From the NCBI GenBank assembly GCA_036517795.1, contig DATDTF010000011.1:9772-73771 (forward strand): a DNA stretch of 64,000 bases. Direction: 5' to 3'. Positions within the stretch are counted from its first letter, which is position 1, and each line of letters starts with the position of its first letter. This DNA comes from Minisyncoccota bacterium. GTDB taxonomy: Bacteria > Patescibacteriota > Minisyncoccia > 2-02-FULL-40-12 > IGHO2-12-FULL-4. Positions 35,444 through 44,305 of the stretch are shown here, piece by piece. The notes beneath the pieces were generated by a model, which was not told the origin of the DNA, made no database searches, and saw nothing but the letters and a program-made list of their open reading frames with translations. The translations under genes were made by a program, and so were the position numbers.

Positions 35444-35610
35444 GCATTTCTAACGGGGCGCAATTGCAATAGAGATGGGGGATTCTCCCTAATTTTTTAA
35501 CGCTCGTTATGCCTTCGGCATAAACACTCGCTAAAATTAGGAGTTAAAGTGAAGTAGTTCATTTTAACTGCCCCTAGGTCCACCAAGAGAAATTAAAGAT
35601 TAAAAAATCA

Positions 35611-35636
35611 CGCGAGAATGCGTGATTTTTCTAAAG
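35611..35636. terminator. bidirectional hairpin terminator
   Basis: AAAAATCACGC-GAGAA-TGCGTGATTTTT lies between the tRNA cluster (+) and nadV (-). Confidence 0.55.
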
Positions 35637-35642
35637 AACTAT

Positions 35643-37034
35643 TTAAACTCGGGCTCTTTTGCGAATTTCTTCAAAGGTCTGGTCAACAAGAAGGACGCCA
35701 TTGCGAAAAACTTCTGTGAGCTGGTTGGGCAAAACATTACCGTCCAACCTTACTGTCTTAAATGTACCATCAACATCTCTAATCAAGGCCAATCGGCCGC
35801 TTTTAGATTTTTTGTCTGGGTCAGTAACTGGGTTTTTAGAAACATCACGCCACTGATCACCAACACAAACCGCACTACACTTAAAAGCAAATTTCTGTGA
35901 GTCCCGATTGACTTTCTGAAGAAGACCACCACCAGAACCGAACGTTATATTATCTGCAGACCAATTTCTGTCTTTAACTGCTTCCAAAACGGAGCCAATC
36001 ATATCGTGGTCAATTCCATCTCCTTGAATAACTCTAACGTGAGGATCCAGTATACGATAACCTTTTTTATTCAGAGAAGAACCAAAAGCTTCACCGAGAA
36101 TATCCAGAATCTCCGGCACGATGTCTGGTGGATTACCACTATCTGGCCTGATAACCACAACACCATTTCTGGACAAAACCTTATCACGTAGTTGCTTGCC
36201 CCAAATATTTCGACAAGCGTTAAAAACATCGTAGCTGTCACTTACCACCGCCACTAAGCCTTCGGGAAACTGGGTAAGCATATTGTCATAAGCATAAACT
36301 TCGTTCTCCCGACCCCAGGAAGTAATAGTGCTATGTTCGGCAGCCGGAACTGAAAAACCGGCCATTTCTTCACCATAATATTCTTCCAGAAGTTCTATTG
36401 CCGCTAAGGTATCCGTCCCCTTGAAGTTAACCAGATGGCTGGCACCTCCAATCGCAGCCGACTCAACACTAGTGCTTCCCCTAAAACCAAAATCATGAAG
36501 CTTAAAGTCAATCAGGTTTGGGTCACCAGTATCTTCTAGGTACTTAAGGATTAGCTTTCTGGACATGCGACTATTTGTACAGACAGTTGAAGGATACCAG
36601 GACTGAACAAGCACTGTCTCAAAGTAACTTGTCAACCACCGGCAGTTTGGATCGGTACTTTCAACAGTCATAAGAACATTGGATACGGGGACAGTTGAAC
36701 CCTCAAGAACCGCCCGGATTGAAAGTGGCGGAGTGCCACCATATTCATTAAGAATATATTTCCAGCCGCGTTCATAGAAAATAGCATTGTTGTTAAAGTG
36801 TCTTGAAAAAAAAGTCGAAGCTTTTTCTAGATTATCTTTAGTAACCCTAGCATTAACAAAGTGCTTTTTCAGAATATATTGAAGGCCAAAGAAAGTAACC
36901 TCCGGCCAGCGCCCGCCACGACTCTCAAAGTAAGAGTGGACGTTGGTAACATTGTGGGGGTACTGAAAAGCATGCGAAACTTTATAACTATCCGTCAGTC
37001 CAATTATGCCAAGCCTTTTAAAGGTGCTTCTCAT
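35643..37034 (-). CDS. nadV: nicotinamide phosphoribosyltransferase
   Basis: 463 aa. N-terminal GLTDSYKVSHAFQYP matches the NAMPT/NadV signature. Confidence 0.7.
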   Translation of the reverse strand: MRSTFKRLGIIGLTDSYKVSHAFQYPHNVTNVHSYFESRGGRWPEVTFFGLQYILKKHFVNARVTKDNLEKASTFFSRHFNNNAIFYERGWKYILNEYGGTPPLSIRAVLEGSTVPVSNVLMTVESTDPNCRWLTSYFETVLVQSWYPSTVCTNSRMSRKLILKYLEDTGDPNLIDFKLHDFGFRGSTSVESAAIGGASHLVNFKGTDTLAAIELLEEYYGEEMAGFSVPAAEHSTITSWGRENEVYAYDNMLTQFPEGLVAVVSDSYDVFNACRNIWGKQLRDKVLSRNGVVVIRPDSGNPPDIVPEILDILGEAFGSSLNKKGYRILDPHVRVIQGDGIDHDMIGSVLEAVKDRNWSADNITFGSGGGLLQKVNRDSQKFAFKCSAVCVGDQWRDVSKNPVTDPDKKSKSGRLALIRDVDGTFKTVRLDGNVLPNQLTEVFRNGVLLVDQTFEEIRKRARV

Positions 37035-37959
37035 TCTTCTCTCCTTTTCTTTCTTTCAAATATTCAACAAGTCTTTGGCCCAGTTCCTTGTGCTCATCCA
37101 CTAAAATTTCCGGAATTTTACTAATCGGAACCTTTATTAATTCTGCAATATCATCGTCCGCTTGAGGCTTACCAAAAACATAAGAGGCCAAATAAAAAGC
37201 GGTCAGAATTTTGTCGCCATGACCTCTGTAACGCCAATCATCAATCCGGAAGGAGCCCAGAAACTCAAGACCGCCTATTTCAACATGAGCTTCCTCGTTT
37301 ACCTCACGCCGAACAGCGACTTCAAAGTTTTTGTCACTCGGATCAAGGAAGCCACCAATAAAGCGGGGACATTTTTCAGCAGGCTTTCGACAAAGCAAAA
37401 CTTGAGCCTCACCTTTTCCGTTTTCCGGCTCCATAAGTATCGCCACGTCTATCGTCTGATGAGAAATCAAACGCCGATTAGTACAGGCATAAATAACACC
37501 CGCTCTGAAGTCCGCCGAATCACGAATATTTTGAGCAATCTCTTCTCTTGTCTCTGTGGCCGAAGGAACAACTACTGTCTCCAGCTCAACAATCGGCCAC
37601 TTACCAAAGTAATGACCGACAAAACTGTCGCGCGAACCGTAAAGAATCGCTTGACTGTTTGGAAATGCTTGACTAATAACTTTATCCAATCGCTTTGACC
37701 ATTCCTGATCAGAACCTGTATCATGAATCGGCATAATAGTTGCCCACGGAAAAGCACTTTGCATCATCCGGGCTCTGGTAGGATAGTCCAGCGGATCTTC
37801 AGCCGAAAGCTGGACAGAGCTGCAACCCAGACAAATTAAAACTTTGCCATGTCTCTTGTGAACTTCCTCTATCAAGTTACTGTGGCCCTGATGAGGCATA
37901 TCCACCTGAAACCTACCGACAATAACCCCAACTTTACTCACAAAAGCACCTCCTTTCAT
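37018..37959 (-). CDS. nadM: bifunctional NMN adenylyltransferase / Nudix ADP-ribose pyrophosphatase
   Basis: N-terminal cytidylyltransferase motif GRFQ..HQGH. C-terminal Nudix box (GGFLDP...REVNEEAHVE). 17 nt overlap with nadV. Confidence 0.7.
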   Translation of the reverse strand: MKGGAFVSKVGVIVGRFQVDMPHQGHSNLIEEVHKRHGKVLICLGCSSVQLSAEDPLDYPTRARMMQSAFPWATIMPIHDTGSDQEWSKRLDKVISQAFPNSQAILYGSRDSFVGHYFGKWPIVELETVVVPSATETREEIAQNIRDSADFRAGVIYACTNRRLISHQTIDVAILMEPENGKGEAQVLLCRKPAEKCPRFIGGFLDPSDKNFEVAVRREVNEEAHVEIGGLEFLGSFRIDDWRYRGHGDKILTAFYLASYVFGKPQADDDIAELIKVPISKIPEILVDEHKELGQRLVEYLKERKGEKNEKHL

Positions 37960-38044
37960 AACAATTTATTAAGAAACTCTTGGCCAATGAAGGCCAAGCT
38001 TTAGCGTCTAAAGCCAAAGCTTGAACTTCATTAAGCCTGAAGTT

Positions 38045-38725
38045 TTAAATTATTTCAACCAGCTTAAGTTTGTCACTTTTAAAACGATAAAGAGCTGCCG
38101 GACGGTTAGCCAGACCTCTTAACTCTTCTTTAACTGGCAGTAATATTCGCAAGGACAATATTTTTTTTCTGAAATTGCGTCTGTCCAGTCTTTTGTGAAG
38201 AATCGTCTCGTATAGATTCTGCAGTTCTGTTAGAGTAAATCTCTTGGGCATGAGAGTGAAGGCTATATTGGTGTAAGTTAATTTGGATTTAAGCCTTTCA
38301 AATGCAAATTTAATTACTTCTGCATGATCATACGCCAAGTGGGGGAGTTCCTTGACCGAAAACCAGCAAGCCTCATACTTTTGATCCGAATCCTTTTTAT
38401 ATTTCAACTTCGCCTCTTGACCCAAACCAAGATAAGCAACCGCCACAACCCTACCTCTCGGGTCTCTGTGAATACCGCTGAAAGTGTAAAGCTGTTCTAA
38501 ATAAGCGTTTTTTACACCACCTTTTCCCCAGAGATGCCTCCAAGCCGCTCGATCAGCCGTCTCTTTAGGATCGATCAAACCGCCGGGCAAACCCCAATGG
38601 TTAGCATAATAAGGAGGACGATCAACTTTAATCAAACGAACCAAAAGCTCTTTATTTTCAAAGGTAAAAAGAGCTGTATCAGCTGCCAAGACCGCAAATT
38701 TAAGTTTTGGTGTCGGTTTTTTCAT
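38045..38725 (-). CDS. nrtR: Nudix-related transcriptional regulator (NrtR-like): Nudix-like domain plus C-terminal winged helix
   Basis: Degenerate Nudix N-domain (HWGLPGGLIDPKE). C-terminal HTH-like segment. Adjacent to NAD salvage genes. Confidence 0.45.
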   Translation of the reverse strand: MKKPTPKLKFAVLAADTALFTFENKELLVRLIKVDRPPYYANHWGLPGGLIDPKETADRAAWRHLWGKGGVKNAYLEQLYTFSGIHRDPRGRVVAVAYLGLGQEAKLKYKKDSDQKYEACWFSVKELPHLAYDHAEVIKFAFERLKSKLTYTNIAFTLMPKRFTLTELQNLYETILHKRLDRRNFRKKILSLRILLPVKEELRGLANRPAALYRFKSDKLKLVEII

Positions 38726-38857
38726 GATTGTTTGTTAGTGTATTATATACACATACTACTCCCGCTTAAAAAACCTGTCAAGCCCAGTAGTCAACTTTAT
38801 ATGTCTGTTGACTTTAATTAGTGTTAGTAATACACTATCTATATTAGTCCATCACCT

Positions 38858-39703
38858 ATGCAAAGTCAAATAAAAACTATCGGTTTCTTTTATAGAGAGA
38901 ATCATTCTCTTAGTAAAGTCTGGGAGAACAAGATTGTAAAATGGCTTAAAAATAAATATCCAAAAGTTAAAGTTGTCCGAAAGCACCCGGAATTTTTGAT
39001 AGTTCTTGGAGGTGACGGCACAATACTGGAAGCAGTGAGAAAATTTGCTAAAAATACAGCTCCCACAATCTTGGGTCTCAATTTGGGTCATGTTGGTTTT
39101 TTAGCCTCAATAAGAAATCCGAAAAACTTTCTGACTGGTCTTGATAAGCTCTTTAAAGAAGGGCCCCGAATAATAAAAAAACTGATGGTGGAGGTTGAAG
39201 TAATCAGAAACAACAAAAAAGTATTCAGAACTAACGCCTTTAACGACGTTGTTGTTGAAAACCCTTTAGGGGTAGTGGAAATTGAGGTTAAAATTGAAAA
39301 AGATACAATTCAATGCGTTAGAGGCACCGGAGTTATGGTTTCTACAGCCAGCGGTTCAACAGCTTTCAACCTTTCAGCTCATGGACCAATCGTTATGCCG
39401 GATATAAAGTGCCTGATTGTGACTGAAATAATGGATCATAACATTCCGACACCCAGCATAATCGTTAAGCGGAACAGGGAAATAGAAATTAAAATCGCCA
39501 GTTTTAGGGAAAGAAAACTGATATCTTTAACCAAAACTAAAGAACCTTTTGATGTACTACTGATTGCCGACGGAGAAAACTTGTTTCCACTAAAAGAAAA
39601 GGATGCGGTTTTAGTCAGACGATCTTCGCGTTTAGTAAAGTTCGCTGAACTGGAAAAAAATTACTTTTTCAAAAGTCTGCAGGAAAAATTTTACTTCGGA
39701 TAG
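38858..39703 (+). CDS. nadK: NAD+ kinase
   Basis: GGDGTILEA motif and NGSTAFNLSAHGPIV. Confidence 0.85.
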   Translation: MQSQIKTIGFFYRENHSLSKVWENKIVKWLKNKYPKVKVVRKHPEFLIVLGGDGTILEAVRKFAKNTAPTILGLNLGHVGFLASIRNPKNFLTGLDKLFKEGPRIIKKLMVEVEVIRNNKKVFRTNAFNDVVVENPLGVVEIEVKIEKDTIQCVRGTGVMVSTASGSTAFNLSAHGPIVMPDIKCLIVTEIMDHNIPTPSIIVKRNREIEIKIASFRERKLISLTKTKEPFDVLLIADGENLFPLKEKDAVLVRRSSRLVKFAELEKNYFFKSLQEKFYFG

Positions 39704-39706
39704 TTT

Positions 39707-39778
39707 GTCCCCGTAGCTCAGCGGAAGAGCGCTTCCCTCCGAAGGAAGAGGCCGACCGTTCAAATCGGTCCGGGGATA
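39707..39778 (+). tRNA. tRNA-Arg(CCG)
   Basis: D-arm TAGCTCAGCGGAAGAGC. Anticodon loop CTCCGAA. T-arm GACCGTTCAAATCGGTC. Acceptor has G1:U72. Confidence 0.65.
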
Positions 39779-39856
39779 CAAATAAATCAGAGGGTCTGTT
39801 TTTTTTATTTTTAATCAGCTTGAAAATGTGCTAATGATAGAAGGTCATAAGCAAAT

Positions 39857-41833
39857 ATGCCTAGTGGTCTTTTTGAAGGTTTAAACGAAAAACAATTAGA
39901 AGCAATACAGACCACGGAAGGTCCTGTTTTGGTTATTGCCGCCGCCGGCAGCGGTAAAACCAAGGTTCTGACTCACCGAATTGCCCACCTCATTCAGCGA
40001 GGGATAAAACCAGAAAACATACTGGCGGTCACTTTCACAAATAAAGCGGCGGGTGAGATGAGAGAGCGAGTTCGCAATTTACTCAAAAACTCTTCTGTTT
40101 TACCGCTACTTGGCACATTCCATTCAATATCAGCAAGGTTGTTAAGAAACGAGCTCGGGAAACTTGATTTGCCTTATGACTCTAATTTCGTGATTTACGA
40201 CACTGAAGACCAGCTGGGCGTTATCAAAAAGGTTATGGAGGAGTTGGAAATTGATAGTAAGAAAACAAATCCTCGGGCTATCCTTTCCAGAATATCGGAA
40301 GCGAAAACAAACTTAGCCGGACCAGAAGAGTATGTGAAATCCGCAAAAGATTTTTTCTCAAAAACAGTCGCCAGGATTTATCCGCTTTACCAAAAAAATC
40401 TTGAAACCAGCAACGCGATGGACTTTGATGATCTTCTTTTTTTGACAGTGAAAATGCTTAAACAAGAGAAAAACATACTGGAAAAATATCAAAACCTCTT
40501 TAGATATATCCTGGTTGATGAATACCAAGACACAAACAAACCACAATATCTTTTTCTGAAAATGCTGGCCCAAAAGCATAAAAATATTATGGCGGTGGGA
40601 GACGACTATCAATCAATATATTTATTCCGCCAGGCTGACATCCGTAATATTTTGAGTTTTGAAAAAGACTATCCGGAAGCTAAAATTGTTTTTTTGGAGC
40701 AAAACTATCGTTCCACCCAAAATATTCTGGCTGCCGCCCAGAACATAATCTCAAATAATAAGTTCCAGCGACATAAAAATCTCTGGACTGAAAATCAGGA
40801 AGGGGAAAAAATACTGCTCGCCGAACTCAGCAACGAAAGGGAAGAAGGCGGATTCATAACCGACGAAATAAAGAAGGGTCTGAAAACCGGCGCTGATTTG
40901 AACGACTTTTGCATCCTGTACCGAACGCACGCCCAGTCGCGTGCAATTGAAGAAGCCATGTTAAAAGCCGGTTTGCCTTACAAAATCATCGGCGGTTTAA
41001 AATTCTATGAGAGAAAAGAAGTTAAAGACATTTTAGCTTATTTGAGACTTCTGCTTAACCCGACAGACAACTTCAGTTTAGAAAGAATACACAACGTGCC
41101 AAGCAGGGGAGTAGGCAAAAAAACTTTTGAGAAGATATTGGAAACACAAAAACAGAAATCTTCCAAAAGCGTTTTTGAACTTTTCAAAGACCATAGAGAA
41201 GAATTAGACAAAAAGGCTTTATCCGGTTTAGCTTCGCTGAGCAAAACCATGAACAGCTTGGAAGAAAAACTGGACGAATTTTACCTCTCAAAACTTATAA
41301 AAAAACTTCTTCAGGAGATTGATTACCAAAAATTTCTTCAGGAAAAAACCGTTGACAGCGAGTCCCGCTGGGAAAACGTAAAAGAGCTTCTGACAGTTAC
41401 GGCAAAATATGACAGTTTGAAATCCCGTGAATCTCTTCCGATTTTTCTGGAAGAAGTTTCACTTATACAGGAAACGGATCAAATCAAAAACCAAGAAAAA
41501 AATGTAACCCTCATGACGATGCACGCTTCCAAAGGTTTGGAATTTCCTACCGTTTTTTTAGCCGGCATGGAAGAAGGACTATTCCCTCATCCCAGGTCGA
41601 CTCTTGATCCGGTTGAATTGGAAGAAGAGAGAAGGCTATGCTACGTCGGAATCACCAGAGCCAAAGAAAAACTTTACTTGACTCATTGTCAAAACCGCAT
41701 GGTTTATGGCTCTTCACAATTCAACCCAATCTCAAGATTTGTTTCTGAAATACCAGAGGACTTTGTCTCCGAAAACGCAAAAAAACCATTTAGGCGAGAT
41801 TTTAATTATGAGGACTTCATAGATTATGATTAA
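39857..41833 (+). CDS. pcrA: ATP-dependent DNA helicase PcrA/UvrD
   Basis: LNEKQLEAIQ..GPVLVIAAAGSGKT Walker A. DEYQDTN motif. 658 aa. Confidence 0.85.
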   Translation: MPSGLFEGLNEKQLEAIQTTEGPVLVIAAAGSGKTKVLTHRIAHLIQRGIKPENILAVTFTNKAAGEMRERVRNLLKNSSVLPLLGTFHSISARLLRNELGKLDLPYDSNFVIYDTEDQLGVIKKVMEELEIDSKKTNPRAILSRISEAKTNLAGPEEYVKSAKDFFSKTVARIYPLYQKNLETSNAMDFDDLLFLTVKMLKQEKNILEKYQNLFRYILVDEYQDTNKPQYLFLKMLAQKHKNIMAVGDDYQSIYLFRQADIRNILSFEKDYPEAKIVFLEQNYRSTQNILAAAQNIISNNKFQRHKNLWTENQEGEKILLAELSNEREEGGFITDEIKKGLKTGADLNDFCILYRTHAQSRAIEEAMLKAGLPYKIIGGLKFYERKEVKDILAYLRLLLNPTDNFSLERIHNVPSRGVGKKTFEKILETQKQKSSKSVFELFKDHREELDKKALSGLASLSKTMNSLEEKLDEFYLSKLIKKLLQEIDYQKFLQEKTVDSESRWENVKELLTVTAKYDSLKSRESLPIFLEEVSLIQETDQIKNQEKNVTLMTMHASKGLEFPTVFLAGMEEGLFPHPRSTLDPVELEEERRLCYVGITRAKEKLYLTHCQNRMVYGSSQFNPISRFVSEIPEDFVSENAKKPFRRDFNYEDFIDYD

Positions 41834-42758
41834 AGATAAAATAGTGAATAAAAAATATCAACCATCTTCCGACATTGCACTGCCGAGCTTTAGCGCCGTC
41901 AGCAAAAGTAAACCAAAAAGGGACTTCGCCAAAGGCGCGGAATGTCAAAGACAAGCTCAACATCGGCATCGGGACGCCAAAAAACTAGGACAAAACTTTC
42001 TAAAAAACACCGGAATACTTAAATCCATCGTTGGGATGGCTGAAATTTCAGCCGACGATATTGTTTTGGAGGTAGGCGCCGGCACGGGTCTGCTCACAGA
42101 GAAGCTAGCCGAAACCGGAGCCAAAATAATTGCTGTTGAAAAAGACCGGAACTTGATTCCGATTCTGGAAACCAAGTTTAAAAATCAAAAAAATGTTACA
42201 ATAATTGAAGGCGATATATTAAGGTTCGACCTTAATCTGACCAAGGTCGAACCTTGGAAATACAAGGTAGTGGGAAACATTCCGTATTATCTAACTTCGC
42301 ATTTGATAAGAAAAGTTTTAGAAGATTGGCCCACACCAAAACTAATTTTGTTCATGTTACAAAAAGAGGTGGCTCAAAGGATAGTTGCCAAACCTCCGAA
42401 AATGAACTTGCTTGCCTTATCTGTCCAGCTTTATGCGGACGCCCAGATAATGAGGAGCGTCTCAAAGAAAAATTTCTGGCCAGAACCAAAAGTTGATTCA
42501 GCTTTAATAAAAATACTGCCTAAAGACCGAGACGCAAAAGAAAAAAATGACATTGAAAAGATTTTGAAATTAGCTCGTTTGGCTTTTAGCGGTAAAAGAA
42601 AACAAATACTAAACAGTCTTTCAACCGGATTAAAAATTCCAAAGGAAAAACTTATCGGTACACTTCAGGAAGCCGGCATTGACAGCAAAAGACGCCCCGA
42701 GTCTCTAGAAATCAGCGAATGGTTAAAACTAAACCAAACTTTATCTTCGCAGTTTTAG
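41826..42758 (+). CDS. rsmA: 16S rRNA (adenine1518/1519-N6)-dimethyltransferase RsmA/KsgA
   Basis: KKLGQNFL start-of-family motif. SAM-binding VLEVGAGTGLLT. The roughly 50 aa N-terminal extension is encoded by a MITE copy. No in-frame ATG lies between the element and the KsgA core. Confidence 0.75.
   Translation: MIKDKIVNKKYQPSSDIALPSFSAVSKSKPKRDFAKGAECQRQAQHRHRDAKKLGQNFLKNTGILKSIVGMAEISADDIVLEVGAGTGLLTEKLAETGAKIIAVEKDRNLIPILETKFKNQKNVTIIEGDILRFDLNLTKVEPWKYKVVGNIPYYLTSHLIRKVLEDWPTPKLILFMLQKEVAQRIVAKPPKMNLLALSVQLYADAQIMRSVSKKNFWPEPKVDSALIKILPKDRDAKEKNDIEKILKLARLAFSGKRKQILNSLSTGLKIPKEKLIGTLQEAGIDSKRRPESLEISEWLKLNQTLSSQF
41868..41976. repeat. MITE-like element, full-length copy (about 109 bp) inside the rsmA 5' region
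   Basis: 5' tccgacattgcactgccgagctttagc ... aaaagggacttcgccaaaggcg ... caacatcggcatcgggacg 3'. Terminal inverted repeats CCGAYATTG/CAAYATCGG. Confidence 0.7.
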
Positions 42759-44305
42759 GTGGTTTGCTTCTGGCTTTTTCTTTGCCTTTTTTTAACCTCG
42801 GCTGGCTGGTGTTTCCCGCTCTGATACTTTTTCTTATCCTTCTGGAAATTCACCCGGAAAAAGCCTTTTCAAACGGCTTTTGGTTTGGTTTGGTTTATTT
42901 TTTGTCCGTCTTCAGATGGTTTTGGGACACTTATCCTCTTGAGGGGCTTGGCTTTGAAAATCCTTATCTTGCCGCCGGTATTTTGGCCTTTGCTTGGCTT
43001 CTGACTGCTCTGGCAATGTCTCTTCTTTGGGCAACGGCATTTTGGCTTTCTAAAAAAACAGAGAAAAAAACAAGCTGGACGGCTTTGCTTGTTTTCCCTT
43101 CAATATTTGTCGTATTTGAATACTTGAGAGCTTTTGTAATTTCCGCCCTCTGGTTCAGTCCGGGCAATATAATTTCTCCGGATTGGACAGCCGGCAACCT
43201 TGCTTACAATTTGCACAGCAACGGCTTAGTTCTCAAAATCTCGTCTCTGCTTGGCATCTACGGCGTTTCTTTTTTTGTCTTTCTCGCCGCCGTTTTAGTT
43301 TTTCTGTTTTTGGAAAAAAAACAATTTAAAAAGCTTTGGGTTTTTGTCGCTGTCTTAATCTTTTTTTCCTACGCCCCTTATCATTGGTTCTCCCCCGACA
43401 AAAGCGAAGAGAAAACAAAAGTAGCGGCCGTCCAAAGCTACATTCCAAGCCAGAAAAACTACAGCCCCAAAGAGCAGCTTTCTTTCTTTAAAAAACAACT
43501 TGAACTTCTGGACAAAATCGCCAAAGAACAACCCGAAACCAAACTGGTAGTTTTTCCCGAGGCCAGCAACTTTTTCACCAATCTAAGTTTATTTGGCAAC
43601 ACTCTAGATGTCGGCTTCTACTTCAATAATTTGTTTCCATCTGAAACTGCTGTTTTAGACAACTCTCATATACAGGAAAACTTTCTGAAAAAATCCAAAA
43701 CCATATACTTGGACTCCAAAAACGGTGTGGTTGGAGATTATGACAAAAAGCTTTTGACCCCGGGAGGGGAGTACGCGCCTTACCTTTTCAGTCTGTTGGA
43801 CAGAGTTTTGGGTATTGACTCTGAAGAACTGAAAAATTTTGAGGGGCTCCAAAGCGGCCGCAAACCGCCCTCCGCCGTAAAAACGGGTAACATAAATTTA
43901 GGCGCACTGGTGTGTTCCGATATTTCTTCGCCGTCCTTGGCCAGAAACATTTCCCTGTCCGGCGGAGAACTTATAGCCGTTCAAGGCAGTTTTGCTTTCG
44001 CCAACGGCTCCAAAGATTTAATCAGCCAAGTCAAAGCCATGGCCGCTTTGCGAGCCGCTGAAAACAACAAACACCTGATATATGCCGCAAATTATGGGCC
44101 GTCTTTTATAGTTTCCGGCAGTGGGAAAATGCTAAAAGAAAGCCGGAACAGAGGTTTTGAGATATTAACAGCTGATGTTGTATTAAATAAAGACAAAACA
44201 ATATATAATAAACTAGGAGATGGGCCGATTTTATTGGCCTCTTTGAGTGTATTGATAACCAGTTTTTTCTTTACTCCCAAAAAAAAGAAAAATGAATACA
44301 ACTAA
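42719..44305 (+). CDS. lnt: apolipoprotein N-acyltransferase
   Basis: About 7 N-terminal TMs plus a CN-hydrolase domain. Candidate E-K-C triad in VVFPEAS, KKLLTPGGEY and GALVCSD. Confidence 0.65.
   Translation: MVKTKPNFIFAVLGGLLLAFSLPFFNLGWLVFPALILFLILLEIHPEKAFSNGFWFGLVYFLSVFRWFWDTYPLEGLGFENPYLAAGILAFAWLLTALAMSLLWATAFWLSKKTEKKTSWTALLVFPSIFVVFEYLRAFVISALWFSPGNIISPDWTAGNLAYNLHSNGLVLKISSLLGIYGVSFFVFLAAVLVFLFLEKKQFKKLWVFVAVLIFFSYAPYHWFSPDKSEEKTKVAAVQSYIPSQKNYSPKEQLSFFKKQLELLDKIAKEQPETKLVVFPEASNFFTNLSLFGNTLDVGFYFNNLFPSETAVLDNSHIQENFLKKSKTIYLDSKNGVVGDYDKKLLTPGGEYAPYLFSLLDRVLGIDSEELKNFEGLQSGRKPPSAVKTGNINLGALVCSDISSPSLARNISLSGGELIAVQGSFAFANGSKDLISQVKAMAALRAAENNKHLIYAANYGPSFIVSGSGKMLKESRNRGFEILTADVVLNKDKTIYNKLGDGPILLASLSVLITSFFFTPKKKKNEYN

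Noticed and set aside
35300-35590. tmRNA (ssrA) hypothesis for the tRNA-Ala(CGC) region, based on the G3:U70 acceptor and GGGGGTTCAATTCCCCC T-arm resembling tmRNA 3' ends
   Set aside because: The central element has a bona fide D-arm and a 7 nt anticodon loop, which tmRNA lacks. No tag-peptide reading frame ending in ...AA-stop was found. It is kept only as an unexplained nested tRNA structure.
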